Notes: a model not told the origin generated them from the sequence alone. Counted from the first letter of the stretch, positions 49,442 to 60,081 are shown. The stretch is DNA of 64,000 nucleotides from Candidatus Daviesbacteria bacterium (GCA_041690695.1 JBEPVZ010000002.1:1454-65453); one strand, 5' to 3'. Program-made: numbers and translations.

Positions 49442-49447
49442 GTTTAA

Positions 49448-50263
49448 ATGAAATGTTTCTTTCATAAGCAAGACGACTCAGCGCTTTTGTTTATGGCTAA
49501 GGGTTTGCCTATTAAAAAATGTAAAATCGATCAGCTAGTCTTTACTGACAAAAGTTTTGATTTTAGTTATAAAAAATACCATCGTGATTTTGAATATAAT
49601 CAATCAGATCGGCAGTTTAAAAATATTTTCTTAAAAAGAATTAACAAGATAAAAAAATTTAAATTAGATGGTAAGGCTTTGGATATCGGTTGTTCAACGG
49701 GGGCTTATTTAGGTTTATTAAAGGAACTTGGATGGGACGTTACTGGGATTGAAACTTCGAAGCAAGCTGCTAAGATAGCAGCAGACAAAGGTATCCGAGT
49801 CTTGACCCAGTCTTTTGAATCAACTAATTTTAAAGATCAGAGATTTGATCTGATTATCCTAAACCATACCTTAGAGCATCTCGAAAATCCTCTTGATGTC
49901 TTTCAAAAAATCTATAAACTTTTAAATCCTTCAGGAATGGTCATTGTTGACTTGCCAAACTTCGATTGCTTGTCAGAAAAGTATCGCCGCGATAAATGGA
50001 AGTTACTTTTACCAAACGAACATCCCTGGCAATTTACACCTCAAACATTAAGACTATTATTTGAGAAAGCTGGGTTAAAAGATATTCAATATGATACCTC
50101 ATCCGGTTTACTCGATTATGCAAACCCTATTTTTGAATTATTGCTCGCGTTAGTTACTTTTAAAAAACGGTTTTTTAATGAGTTGGCAATGTTACCTTGG
50201 AACTTGGTTGAAACGATCTTGAATAAAGGTAGCGATCTATCGATGGTCGGCTTTAAAAAATGA
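49448..50263 (+). CDS. Class I SAM-dependent methyltransferase (Methyltransf_23-like)
   Basis: ALDIGCSTG, GIE, NHTLEHL.NP, LPNF, EH...FTP..L..L..KAG. Confidence 0.9.
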   Translation: MKCFFHKQDDSALLFMAKGLPIKKCKIDQLVFTDKSFDFSYKKYHRDFEYNQSDRQFKNIFLKRINKIKKFKLDGKALDIGCSTGAYLGLLKELGWDVTGIETSKQAAKIAADKGIRVLTQSFESTNFKDQRFDLIILNHTLEHLENPLDVFQKIYKLLNPSGMVIVDLPNFDCLSEKYRRDKWKLLLPNEHPWQFTPQTLRLLFEKAGLKDIQYDTSSGLLDYANPIFELLLALVTFKKRFFNELAMLPWNLVETILNKGSDLSMVGFKK

Positions 50264-51666
50264 AAAAGTGCATAAGTTTGGGGCCGGTAGTATTGATTTT
50301 GTTATTTCACCTTTGGCTACTTAGTAATTTAATATTTACGGCTTGGCCCGAAATGTTAAGTTATCCATTTTTACTAAATTCCGGTTTTGTAATTTATCGC
50401 GATTTTGTGATGCCTTATCCACCACTATTACCTTTATTTCTTGAATTGTGGTTTAAGTTATTCAATTTTGATGTTCATTCTTTGCGTTTGCTGACTTGGC
50501 TTTTAATTATGATCGTTGATTTCAACTTATTTTATTTAATTAAAAGGATTTCTAAAAGCCAAAAAATAAGTCTAGGTCTTTTAGCGATATATGTACCGAT
50601 CCAAGCTTTATTGGATGGCAACATGTTATGGTTTGATTTTGCGACGCTTGTGCCCTTATCCTTTGGTTTAATAACATTGTTTAAATGGCTAAATAATCAA
50701 AAAGGATCCTACCTTTTTTCTACCGTCGCGTTCTTTGGAATAGCGACGGCTATTAAGCAAACTACGATCCTATACTTTATACCTTTAGCACTTTGCTATC
50801 TAATTTATAAAAAAAAGCTTTACTCGAAAGATTTATTGACCGGAGCATTAGCTTTAGGTTTAATTTGGGTGCCATTAATTAGTTATTTACTTGTAAAAGG
50901 TTCTATTTTGTCGTTCTGGCTATGGAATTTTGTTTATCCATTAACGGAGTGGTCAAAGTTTCCAGGCTATGTTGCGCTATCCTTAACCCGCGATCAAAAG
51001 CTAATTTTAATAATACTGATCGCCTCTATCGTTGTGACAATGATGGGACTCTCCAAAAAAATATGGACTGACTTAAAGTTTTGGACTCTACTGGGATTTG
51101 TATTAGTTGCTGGTATAACCGTTTATCCAAGATTTTCTTTTTTTCATTTACAGCCGGCCTTATTTTTAATCATTTTGCTGTTGGGCTATAGTCTCAGTCG
51201 ACTAAAAAGTAGTTTCCAAGTGATTGTTTTTGGATTATTGGTGATTAATCTTATTTTGATTGTTAAATTTGAGCTTCCAACTACTTTAGGTTCAAATCAA
51301 ATACGTTTTGATGGGCCGGAAGATCAACAATTGACGAAAAGTTTAAAGTCTTATTTAAAGCCAGGCGATAGGGTTTACTTTTTAGGATTATCATCTTTGG
51401 AGTATGTTCAAACTCAAACTTTACCGACCAAGCCTTGGGTAGATAATTTTGGTTGGTACTTAGAAATGCCTGATGTTCAGCGGCAAGTTATTAACGGGTT
51501 AATTAAGAATAAACCTCAGTTTATTTTTTGGCAGAAACCATCAAGCGGTATGTGGTATGAATTGGGAGTTTATCAGCCAAAACAAATAGTATCTTTTATT
51601 AATCAATCTTATATACAATCAGGACAACTAAATAATGGAATAGAAATATGGACCAGAAAAGATTAA
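50260..51666 (+). CDS. GT-C-fold membrane glycosyltransferase
   Basis: FTAWPE, YRDF..PYPP, IKQ, FFHLQP; multi-TM plus soluble C-terminus. Confidence 0.75.
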   Translation: MKKCISLGPVVLILLFHLWLLSNLIFTAWPEMLSYPFLLNSGFVIYRDFVMPYPPLLPLFLELWFKLFNFDVHSLRLLTWLLIMIVDFNLFYLIKRISKSQKISLGLLAIYVPIQALLDGNMLWFDFATLVPLSFGLITLFKWLNNQKGSYLFSTVAFFGIATAIKQTTILYFIPLALCYLIYKKKLYSKDLLTGALALGLIWVPLISYLLVKGSILSFWLWNFVYPLTEWSKFPGYVALSLTRDQKLILIILIASIVVTMMGLSKKIWTDLKFWTLLGFVLVAGITVYPRFSFFHLQPALFLIILLLGYSLSRLKSSFQVIVFGLLVINLILIVKFELPTTLGSNQIRFDGPEDQQLTKSLKSYLKPGDRVYFLGLSSLEYVQTQTLPTKPWVDNFGWYLEMPDVQRQVINGLIKNKPQFIFWQKPSSGMWYELGVYQPKQIVSFINQSYIQSGQLNNGIEIWTRKD

Positions 51667-52610
51667 AGATCGCGTTTTTAAGCCGATATAGTGGGATAGT
51701 CGAACGAGGGGCTGAAACCTATGTTCTAGAACTTGCCAAAAGACTAGAAGCCTTTCATCAAGTCGATATTTTATCAGGTCTTGATTCAGATAATTTTTGG
51801 AAGATAGTTCAAGGACATTATGATATTGTCATTTCAACTAATGGTCGCATTCAAGCCTTAAAGGTCAGTTTAGGAAGATTGTTTAGTAATTATAAGTTAA
51901 TTATTTCCGGTCAAGCTGGTATTGGCCGCGATGATATTTGGAATATAGCGATCGCTTGTCCAAATGTATTTGTAGCTCTAACTGATGTCGAGCTTAATTG
52001 GGCTAAAAAGTGGGCATGGTTTAGTAAATTAATAAAGATTCCGAATGGGATTGATTTAAAAAAATTCTCATCGACTGGACAAAAAATCAAACTAGATTTA
52101 GAGCCGCCAGTCATTCTCAGTGTTGGAGCTCTGAGTTGGTATAAACATCACGATAGAACAATTGAAGCAGTTAGTAAGTTAAAAAAAGGGTCGCTATTAA
52201 TTATTGGCCAAGGGCCTCTCAAATCAGAATTGACCAAATTAGGAAATGAGAAACTTGGTAAGACACGTTTTAAGGTTATCAGTGCTCCTTATTCTGAAAT
52301 TGCTAAGTATTATAGAAGTTGTGATCTATTTACTTTACCATCTTGGGACAGAGAAGCTTTTGGGATAGTTTATTTAGAAGCAATGGCTTCAGGTTTAGGA
52401 GTGGTTGCGCCAGATGACTTGTCAAGGCAAGAGATTATTGGGCAGGCTGGAATTTTAGTTGATACTTCAGATCCGGAAAAATTTAGTCAGGCCCTAGAAG
52501 GAGCATTTAAAAAAGACTGGTTAAAAGTTGCTCGACTACAAGCCGAGAAATTTTCATGGGATAAGGTCGCAAATAGTTATTTAGAATTATTTAAGGATTT
52601 AAAGTCATGA
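51648..52610 (+). CDS. GT4 glycosyltransferase
   Basis: RGAETY, IPNGID, SVGAL, EAFGIVYLEAMASG, FSWD. Confidence 0.9.
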   Translation: MDQKRLKIAFLSRYSGIVERGAETYVLELAKRLEAFHQVDILSGLDSDNFWKIVQGHYDIVISTNGRIQALKVSLGRLFSNYKLIISGQAGIGRDDIWNIAIACPNVFVALTDVELNWAKKWAWFSKLIKIPNGIDLKKFSSTGQKIKLDLEPPVILSVGALSWYKHHDRTIEAVSKLKKGSLLIIGQGPLKSELTKLGNEKLGKTRFKVISAPYSEIAKYYRSCDLFTLPSWDREAFGIVYLEAMASGLGVVAPDDLSRQEIIGQAGILVDTSDPEKFSQALEGAFKKDWLKVARLQAEKFSWDKVANSYLELFKDLKS

Positions 52611-53446
52611 AAGTCTCTGTTATTATTCCTGTTTTTAATGAGGCCAAGGTTTTAGGTGACTGTTTAAAATCTCTTTTAGCTGAAAACTTCCAAGATTATG
52701 AAATTATAGTAGTTGATGATGGTTCAAAAGATCGAAGTTTAGATATTGCAAAACAATTTAAAACTAAAATCTTTCACCAAAAACATAAGGGTCCGGGAGC
52801 CGCTCGAAATTTAGGTGTTAAACATGCTCGGGGGCAAGTAATTGTTTTTGTTGATGCCGATATGACTTTTGATAAAAACTTTATAAAAAAGTTAACTGAG
52901 CCCATTTTTAAAGGCCAAACGATAGGGACATTTAGCAAAGAAGAATATGTTACCAATCCCAAAAAACGTTGGAGCCAAGCGTGGAATATCAACAAGAAAT
53001 TACCAATAGAGCGAATGCATCCTGAGAATTATCCGAGTGAGCAAGCAGTTTTTCGAGCGATTTTAAAATCTGAATTTGAAAAGGTTGGTGGATTTAAAAC
53101 GATTGGTTATATTGATGACTATACATTAAGTGAAAAACTGGGTATTAAAGCTATTGCTGCTCCAGGGGCTATTTTTTATCATCGTAATCCTGAAACTTTC
53201 GGAGAAGTTTGGCGACAAGCCAGGTGGGTGGGTAAAAGTGAATTTAAAAGACGAAAAATTCGGATTGAATTTATCATGAGATTTATTGCCATCTTTAGAT
53301 ATTCTTTGCCAGTCAGTTTAATAAAGGGGATTTTAATTGCGATTAAAAACAAAAAGCTATTTTTTATCTGGTTTAAAGTTATTTACGATTTGGCCGTTGA
53401 AGTTTCTTTATGGAGATCCTTTTTAAGAGAACAACGTTACCGATGA
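52607..53446 (+). CDS. GT2 glycosyltransferase
   Basis: SVIIPVFNE, VDDGSKD, GPGAARNLG, FVDADM. Confidence 0.9.
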   Translation: MKVSVIIPVFNEAKVLGDCLKSLLAENFQDYEIIVVDDGSKDRSLDIAKQFKTKIFHQKHKGPGAARNLGVKHARGQVIVFVDADMTFDKNFIKKLTEPIFKGQTIGTFSKEEYVTNPKKRWSQAWNINKKLPIERMHPENYPSEQAVFRAILKSEFEKVGGFKTIGYIDDYTLSEKLGIKAIAAPGAIFYHRNPETFGEVWRQARWVGKSEFKRRKIRIEFIMRFIAIFRYSLPVSLIKGILIAIKNKKLFFIWFKVIYDLAVEVSLWRSFLREQRYR

Positions 53447-54867
53447 TTTGGATAATTTTATTATTTAGTTTTGCACTCCGATTAATATCGCTAAATCAAT
53501 CGCTTTGGTTAGATGAAGCTATCAGCGTTTTAGCTGTTCGGGGACATGATTTAGCTTATATTTGGAGTCATTTCTTTGCTGTTGATGTTCATCCCCCTGG
53601 ATTTTACTTATTACTCTGGTTAACTGGTAATTTATTTGGCTGGAGTGAGATCATAATTCGTTTACCGTCCGTACTATTGGCGATTGGAACAATTTATTTA
53701 ACTTTTAAAATTGGTCAACTACTTTTTTCAAAACCAGTTGGTTTAATTGCGGCATTACTTTTGGCGGTTAATCCACTTGATCTTTATTATTCGGAGGAGG
53801 CCAGAATGTACTCGTTAGCTACTTTTGGGGTAGCTTTGTCTTTTTACTGTTTTTTTAAATATTTAAAGGGTTTAAGAGTCCGTTGGTGGTTATATGCGAT
53901 TAGCTTGGTGATTATCTTCTGGTCAGATTATCTGCCATATATCGTGGTTTTAATTCAATTGGGCGGCTTTGTATTGTTTAGAAAAAATACTAAAAATAGA
54001 AGTTTTATTTCTGGGCTACTAGTTGGTTTATTGAGTTTGTTACCTTTGATTCCACTAGCTTGGCAACAATTTGTCGGTGGATTAAAAGTTGCTACGGACT
54101 TACCCACTTGGGGAAAGATTGTCGGAGGAGCTGGCTTTAAAGAGCTGGCATTGTTACCACTAAAAACTGAAACTGGTCGAATATCTTTAGCGGGTAACCC
54201 GTTATTTAAAGTTCTAGCTGGGTTTACAAGTTTAATTTATCTTTATCTGTTAGTTTGTCTATGGAGGAGGTTTAATAAACCGGTTGTGGTGTTATTTGCG
54301 TGGCTAATCATTCCACCCGTTTTGACATTCTTGGTTTCATTTTGGATCCCATTATTTTCTTATTATCGTTTTATCTTCATTCTGCCAGCCTTTTGTCTCT
54401 TAGTAGCTATCTCTATTAACAGTCAAAAGCGGGTGGTCCAAAAATTATTAGGATTAGTACTGATTTTTCTTGAATTAACTTTCTGCTTTATTTATCTGAT
54501 TAATCCAACTTTCCATCGTGAAGATTGGCGTGGGGCTGTTAATTTTACGGATCAATTTAAAAATTCTGACCAAATAATTTTATTTGATGATAATAATCTT
54601 GAGGCGCCATTTATCTATTACAGTCAGAATTTAAGTCCGGCTAAACCTGGGTTAGATAAGATCCCAGCCGATTCATCAAATATAAATTCATTAGTGGCTA
54701 AGCTTGAAGGTAAAAATCAGGTTTATTTATATGATTATTTGGTTGATATAACAGATCCAAACCGAATCTTAGCTCAGAATTTAAATAGCTTAGGTTTTAA
54801 ACAAACTCAAACTTATAATTTCAATGGGGTTGGGTTTATCTATTTGTATACTCGAGTTAATCAATAA
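53443..54867 (+). CDS. GT-C glycosyltransferase (PMT_2 mannosyltransferase-like; start revised to ATGA overlap)
   Basis: SLWLDEA, DVHPPGFY, RLPS, YYSEEARMYS, REDWRGA. Confidence 0.9.
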   Translation: MIWIILLFSFALRLISLNQSLWLDEAISVLAVRGHDLAYIWSHFFAVDVHPPGFYLLLWLTGNLFGWSEIIIRLPSVLLAIGTIYLTFKIGQLLFSKPVGLIAALLLAVNPLDLYYSEEARMYSLATFGVALSFYCFFKYLKGLRVRWWLYAISLVIIFWSDYLPYIVVLIQLGGFVLFRKNTKNRSFISGLLVGLLSLLPLIPLAWQQFVGGLKVATDLPTWGKIVGGAGFKELALLPLKTETGRISLAGNPLFKVLAGFTSLIYLYLLVCLWRRFNKPVVVLFAWLIIPPVLTFLVSFWIPLFSYYRFIFILPAFCLLVAISINSQKRVVQKLLGLVLIFLELTFCFIYLINPTFHREDWRGAVNFTDQFKNSDQIILFDDNNLEAPFIYYSQNLSPAKPGLDKIPADSSNINSLVAKLEGKNQVYLYDYLVDITDPNRILAQNLNSLGFKQTQTYNFNGVGFIYLYTRVNQ

Positions 54868-54888
54868 ACACTTCCAGGTCCAACAATT

Positions 54889-54897
54889 TGTTACAAT
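54889..54897 (+). promoter_or_regulatory. Extended -10 TGtTACAAT, 7 nt before ATG 54905
   Basis: In a 37-bp gap; no Shine-Dalgarno. Confidence 0.65.
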
Positions 54898-54904
54898 AAA
54901 AAGT

Positions 54905-55918
54905 ATGAAAGTTGGAATGGATATTTCTCAAACAGCCCATGGCGGAGGAGTGGCGACTTATACTGAAAATTTAGCCAGTCATTTACTTAGTCAGCCTGAG
55001 TTGGAGATGGTTTTCTTTTATTCATCTCTTCGGAAACGCTATCCTGGAAATTTACCTAAATCAAAGTTAAAATCATTTAATTTACCTCCTAGCTTGTTTG
55101 AAGTTCTGTTTAATAAGATTCGTAACTTTCCAATAGAAAAGTTTGTTGGTGAGGTTGATATATTTCATTCGTCAGATTGGGTTCAGCCACCTTCTAAAGC
55201 TCGGAAGGTCACAACTTATCACGATGTTATACCGTTAAAATACCCGGAATGGTCAACTCCTAAAATAGTCAGTGTTCATAAACGTCGGTTACAACTTGTT
55301 GAAAAAGAGATCGATATGGTGATTGCGGTTTCTGAAACAACTAAAAAAGATCTACTAAGTCTATCAAGTATTCCTGAAAATAAGATTACGGTTATTTATG
55401 AAGCAGCCTCCGACGATTTTAAAATTATGGGTGAGTCAAAAGTAGTCGAGTTTAAGAAGAAATATAAATTGCCTGATCAGTTTATATTGGCAATCGGTGG
55501 AATTGGTATTAGACGTAACCTCGCTCGAGTTAAAGAGGCGGCTGATAAGATACCAGTTATTATAACTGGTCAAGATTTACCATTTTTAAAAATGGATGAA
55601 ATGGTCCTACTTTATAATGCAGCTTCGGTTTTAGTTTACCCTTCACTTTATGAAGGTTTTGGTTTGCCAATTTTAGAAGCCATGCAATCAGGTACATCAG
55701 TTGTAACATCAAACTTATCATCAATGGCTGAAATTGGTAAAGATGCAGCTGTTTTAGTCGACCCAACAAAAACCGATTCAATTAGAGAAGGTATTAAGCA
55801 AGCTTTGGCTGATCAAAAACAACTTCAGAAAAAAGGTCTCGAGCGCGCTAAACAATTTAGCTGGCAAAAAGCGGCTCAGCAAACTGCCAAACTTTATGAG
55901 CAGGTTTATGAATCTTGA
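54905..55918 (+). CDS. GT4 glycosyltransferase (MtfB-like; start revised to MKVGMD)
   Basis: GGVATY, TYHD, PSLYEGFGLPILEAM, FSWQKAA. Confidence 0.9.
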   Translation: MKVGMDISQTAHGGGVATYTENLASHLLSQPELEMVFFYSSLRKRYPGNLPKSKLKSFNLPPSLFEVLFNKIRNFPIEKFVGEVDIFHSSDWVQPPSKARKVTTYHDVIPLKYPEWSTPKIVSVHKRRLQLVEKEIDMVIAVSETTKKDLLSLSSIPENKITVIYEAASDDFKIMGESKVVEFKKKYKLPDQFILAIGGIGIRRNLARVKEAADKIPVIITGQDLPFLKMDEMVLLYNAASVLVYPSLYEGFGLPILEAMQSGTSVVTSNLSSMAEIGKDAAVLVDPTKTDSIREGIKQALADQKQLQKKGLERAKQFSWQKAAQQTAKLYEQVYES

Positions 55919-57449
55919 TAGATTTTTAATCATTGGTTTACTGGGGTTGGGAATTATTCTTCGATTAGTTTTAACTTCAAATGGTAATTTTTTGTTTAAT
56001 CTTGATAGTGCTCGAGATATGGTTGATGTTCGGGAGATGGTCGAACTTCATAAATTCAGATTAACCGGTCCAACATCGGGTATTGATGGAGTTTATGATG
56101 GGCCAGCTTGGTATTACCTTATGGCAATTCCATATATTTTATCGGCGGGTGATCCTTATTCGATGATTTTGATGGAAATTATCTTTTGGGCGATTGGTGG
56201 CTGGTTTTTATTAAAAATTGTTAGCCGCTATGGCCGAAATATGATAGTTTTAGTGGGTATTCTTTGGATATTTTCAGATTTAACGTTTTTAGCAACTCGT
56301 TATTCTTTAAGCCCAAATTTAGTTTTATTATTATTTCCTGTCCTTTTTTATGTTTTAGAAAAATCACTAAATCTAAAAACTAAAAAAGTTTATCTTTACA
56401 CAATTTTAGTTTGGGGATTAGCAGGTTTTATTTTTAATTTAGAGATGGCTTTTGGATTAGTTGTGCCAATCTTACTTTTGTTTATTTATTGGCTATATGA
56501 CCATAAATTTTATTTAAGATTAGCTAATTATTTCGGAGTTGTAGTTTATGGCTTATTTCTCCTTCCTCAAATAATTTTTGATTTAAAACATCAAAACATG
56601 ATGGGCCAAGCATTAGTTAATTATTTACATCAACCAGGTGGTGGGTCCGCCAGATCTAATCTAATTAATTTATGGAGAGAAACAGTTTCGGGCATCTTGC
56701 TTAATAATCACTTTTTAATTGACTTAAGTTGGGTTTTAGTCGTTTTAACAGTCGTCATAATTATCAAGAAGTTAAAATTGTCGGATAAATATTTGATAAT
56801 CAGTTTAGTCTTTTTTCTTGGTCCGTTATTAATTTATTTTCTAATTCCGATCAACATTATGCTTTGGCATTTACTTAGCTTAAGTGTTGGTTTTTTAATT
56901 TTAATGGCTGGGGGACTAGGACAGCTTAAAAAAGGACAAATTGGTCGATTGCTAGGGGGATTGTTGATAGTTATTTCTGGTTACTTTGGAATAGTGGGCT
57001 TTTTAGATAACTTAAATCAGCTTAGTAATGACGTCTCACTGTTTAAAAATGAATCAGCAGCTATCGATTATGTTTATGCGTCGGCGAATCATCAAAACTT
57101 TAAAGCCTATGTTTATATGCCCTCGGTGATTGATTATCCTTATCAATATTTATTCTGGTGGCAAGGTATTAAAAAATATGGTTATACACCATCAGATTAT
57201 GCTTATTTACCCAATAAACCAGCGTATATTTCGTCTCAACAATCTTTTATAAAACTTAGTTCAGGTGGAGCGAGTGATCGGGTCTATCTCATTAAAGAGC
57301 CAGATCGAATTTATATGCGACAAGCTTGGGAGAATAGTTTTAATGATTTGCCAGTCGTTGAGACGGTAATGGTCGGACCGCTTGAAGTTGAAATTAGGCA
57401 GGACTTGAGTCAGATGAACGCATCTGCTACGCTTGAGATGAATTTATGA
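55908..57449 (+). CDS. GT-C glycosyltransferase (ArnT/PMT_2-like; start 55908 or 55896)
   Basis: FNLDSARD, GP.S...GPAWYY, PQIIFDLKH, PYQYLFWW. Confidence 0.8.
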   Translation: MNLDRFLIIGLLGLGIILRLVLTSNGNFLFNLDSARDMVDVREMVELHKFRLTGPTSGIDGVYDGPAWYYLMAIPYILSAGDPYSMILMEIIFWAIGGWFLLKIVSRYGRNMIVLVGILWIFSDLTFLATRYSLSPNLVLLLFPVLFYVLEKSLNLKTKKVYLYTILVWGLAGFIFNLEMAFGLVVPILLLFIYWLYDHKFYLRLANYFGVVVYGLFLLPQIIFDLKHQNMMGQALVNYLHQPGGGSARSNLINLWRETVSGILLNNHFLIDLSWVLVVLTVVIIIKKLKLSDKYLIISLVFFLGPLLIYFLIPINIMLWHLLSLSVGFLILMAGGLGQLKKGQIGRLLGGLLIVISGYFGIVGFLDNLNQLSNDVSLFKNESAAIDYVYASANHQNFKAYVYMPSVIDYPYQYLFWWQGIKKYGYTPSDYAYLPNKPAYISSQQSFIKLSSGGASDRVYLIKEPDRIYMRQAWENSFNDLPVVETVMVGPLEVEIRQDLSQMNASATLEMNL

Positions 57450-58561
57450 AAATTTGGATTGATGGATATGAAGCGAATTCACCAGATCGACTTGGTTCTT
57501 CTCAAGTTGGTTTTGAACTACTGAAAAGCCTTGCCAAGATTGATAAAAAAAACGATTTTACAATTCTTTTGCCATCAGAACCTTTAGCTGATTTACCAAA
57601 GTCTCGAGCTGGCTGGGCATATCAAGTAATTAATCCAAAACGACTTTGGACGAGATTATCTTTACCAAAATTTATTAACCAATCAAAAGATAAGCCAGAT
57701 GTAGTTTTTTCACCAACCCATTATATTCCCCATACTGGAAAAGTCAGACGAGTTAATATGATCTTTGATCTATCCTTTTTGAAATTTAAAGATATGTTTA
57801 AAAAACGTGATCTCTGGCAGTTAACAATTGGTACAAAATATGGAGCTAAGAACTCCAGTCAAATTATTACGATCTCAGAATCTTCGAAAAAAGATATTAT
57901 GGAGGCGTATAAGGTTGACGGCTCAAAAGTGATGGTTAGTTATCCAGGTTATGACAAAGAGATGTTTTATCCTCGTAATGACCGGAAGCAAGTTGTCAAA
58001 ATTTTAGATAAATATAAGATAGTAGGCGATTATGTTATTTATATCGGGACGATTCAACCTCGTAAGAATTTAGAGCGATTAATTGAAGCTTTTAAAGAGA
58101 TCGAAAACTTAAAGCTGGTTATTGTTGGAAAAACTACGGGTCAGGGTCGACAGGGCTGGATGTTTGAGCAAATTTTAAATAAGCCCAAAGATCTTGGGAT
58201 ATCCGACAAGATTATTTTTACTGGCTTTGCTCCAACTGAAGATTTACCCTATCTTTTAACAGGCGCTAAAGCTTATATTCTGCCGTCCCTTTGGGAGGGT
58301 TTTGGAATACCAGTTGTTGAGGCGATGGCTTGCGGAACGCCGGTAATTGTATCCAGAGTGTCTTCACTGCCTGAAGTTGTTGGTGAGGCTGGATTACAAA
58401 TTGATCCCTACTCAATTTTGGATATTAAAAATGCCATTTTGAAAATAGTCAAAGATCGTGAGCTCGCTCAAACTTTATCTAAAAAAGGCTTAGTTCAAGC
58501 CCGCCAATTTTCGTGGGATAAAATGGCCGAACAAGTTTTAAGCGTTTTAGAAAAATCATGA
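57446..58561 (+). CDS. GT4 glycosyltransferase (MtfB-like)
   Basis: [39 protein letters not shown]. Confidence 0.9.
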   Translation: MKIWIDGYEANSPDRLGSSQVGFELLKSLAKIDKKNDFTILLPSEPLADLPKSRAGWAYQVINPKRLWTRLSLPKFINQSKDKPDVVFSPTHYIPHTGKVRRVNMIFDLSFLKFKDMFKKRDLWQLTIGTKYGAKNSSQIITISESSKKDIMEAYKVDGSKVMVSYPGYDKEMFYPRNDRKQVVKILDKYKIVGDYVIYIGTIQPRKNLERLIEAFKEIENLKLVIVGKTTGQGRQGWMFEQILNKPKDLGISDKIIFTGFAPTEDLPYLLTGAKAYILPSLWEGFGIPVVEAMACGTPVIVSRVSSLPEVVGEAGLQIDPYSILDIKNAILKIVKDRELAQTLSKKGLVQARQFSWDKMAEQVLSVLEKS

Positions 58562-59433
58562 AGATATCAATTGTCATCCCAAATTGGAATGGAGCGGACA
58601 GGTTAACCAAAAATTTACCTCAAGTTTTAAAGACCGATGACGTTAATGAAGTTATAGTAGTTGATGATTATTCAACTGATAATTCACTTGAAGTTTTAAA
58701 ACGGGATTTCCCGGAAGTTAAAGTTATTAAAAAAGATAAAAATAGTGGCTTTTCCACAGCCGTTAATTTGGGAGTTAAAAATGCTAATGGCGATTTAGTT
58801 TTTATTTTAAATAGTGATGCGGTTCCGGAAAAAGATTGTTTGAAGTTTGTGATTCCAAATTTTAAAGATCCGAAGGTTTTTAGCGTTGGTTGCAACGTTG
58901 GGGGAACATGGGCCTGGATTAAATTTAAAAATGGCTATTTTTGGCATTATCAGGGCGAAAAATCTGAGAGTACGCATCAAACTTTATGGTCTTCCGGTGG
59001 AAGTGGAGTCTTTAGAAAAGATTTATGGGAAGAATTGGGTGGTTTAGACGAATTATTTAATCCGTTTTATGAAGAAGATACCGATTTAGGGTATCGGGCA
59101 ACTAAACGGGGTTATCTTAATCTTTGGGAGCCAAAAGCCAAAGTTGAGCACTATAAAACTCCTGGGGTAATCTCGACTAACTTTTCCAAAAAAACGATCT
59201 CAAATACTGCTCAGAGAAATCAGCTCTATTTCACCTGGAAAAATCTCCATGACCGAAAATTAATGAAAGAACATATTCGATATCTGATAAATATGTTATT
59301 TACTCATCCAAAATATTGGTTGGTTTTCTTAGCAGCGTTTAAAAACCTGTCGGTCGTTTTAAGAAAAAGAAAGATTGAAAAGGTTAATTTAAAGGTTTCT
59401 GATCGGGAGATTTTAAATAAGGTTTGGGGATAA
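58558..59433 (+). CDS. GT2 glycosyltransferase
   Basis: VIPNWNG, VDDYSTD, GFSTAVNLG, LNSD, PFYEEDTD, RNQL. Confidence 0.9.
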   Translation: MKISIVIPNWNGADRLTKNLPQVLKTDDVNEVIVVDDYSTDNSLEVLKRDFPEVKVIKKDKNSGFSTAVNLGVKNANGDLVFILNSDAVPEKDCLKFVIPNFKDPKVFSVGCNVGGTWAWIKFKNGYFWHYQGEKSESTHQTLWSSGGSGVFRKDLWEELGGLDELFNPFYEEDTDLGYRATKRGYLNLWEPKAKVEHYKTPGVISTNFSKKTISNTAQRNQLYFTWKNLHDRKLMKEHIRYLINMLFTHPKYWLVFLAAFKNLSVVLRKRKIEKVNLKVSDREILNKVWG

Positions 59434-59475
59434 TCAGAGGGTAATTAGCCTGACTCTGGTGCGGCTAGAATCAAT

Positions 59476-59495
59476 TATCAGAGGGATTTCTGATA
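59476..59495. terminator. Possible hairpin between convergent GT2 and toxin genes (TATCAGA-6nt-TCTGATA)
   Basis: 7-bp perfect inverted repeat in the only sizeable convergent gap; no clear U-tract. Confidence 0.3.
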
Positions 59496-59524
59496 TGAGG
59501 CTAGTATTTCAAGAGATTTAACTT

Positions 59525-59860
59525 CTATAAGATTGTAATTAATTTGCATACATTTCGTAGAATAATCTTCCTTTTACTTGATGTTAATTCTCCAGCCTTA
59601 CCACTAAGTATGGACATATCTGCTGTAAACAGCTTATCTGGTCTCACAAAGCTTTTTAAGGGAAGACCTCCTTTTGCAAAATCGGATTGTTCTATACTTA
59701 TCGCTGTTTTACTTGAATAAGATTTTGAGGTGATTTGGCATAAAATCAAATTATCAAATTCAACTTGAGCTAATACTAATGCTGGACGAATTTTCTTCCC
59801 TTTCAGATTAGAAAATGGAAAAGAAACTAAAACAATACTACCTACTGTAAACTTTTCCAT
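59525..59860 (-). CDS. PemK/MazF-family endoribonuclease toxin
   Basis: GSIVLVSFPFS....K.RPALVL, CQITS, GGL...SFVRPDKLFT. Confidence 0.9.
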   Translation of the reverse strand: MEKFTVGSIVLVSFPFSNLKGKKIRPALVLAQVEFDNLILCQITSKSYSSKTAISIEQSDFAKGGLPLKSFVRPDKLFTADMSILSGKAGELTSSKRKIILRNVCKLITIL

Positions 59861-60081
59861 GCCTCGTCCTCTTCTGGCCTATTCCAGTCAGTTCCCAGAG
59901 ATTTCTCGGATAATAGTGAGGTGTTATTTACCATATTCTTTGTTATTTTTGCTTGAATAATTCTGATCTCGCCTTTTTTAACTTCCAATTCAACTTCATT
60001 GTCTAGTCCACTTTCATCAAGCAATAGCTTTGGAATACGAATCCCTCGAGAATTTCCTATAGAAATAATTGTCGTAATCAT
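59842..60081 (-). CDS. AbrB/MazE-family antitoxin (start revised to MITTII)
   Basis: IGNSRGIRIPK.LL...GL..EVEL swapped-hairpin signature; acidic tail DWNRPEEDEAW; overlaps toxin start by 19 nt. Confidence 0.9.
   Translation of the reverse strand: MITTIISIGNSRGIRIPKLLLDESGLDNEVELEVKKGEIRIIQAKITKNMVNNTSLLSEKSLGTDWNRPEEDEAWKSLQ

Noticed and set aside
59433-59485. Direct repeat ATCAGAGGG x2 as a CRISPR remnant or target-site duplication
   Set aside because: Only two 9-bp copies, both on the same side of the TA module, and no cas genes.
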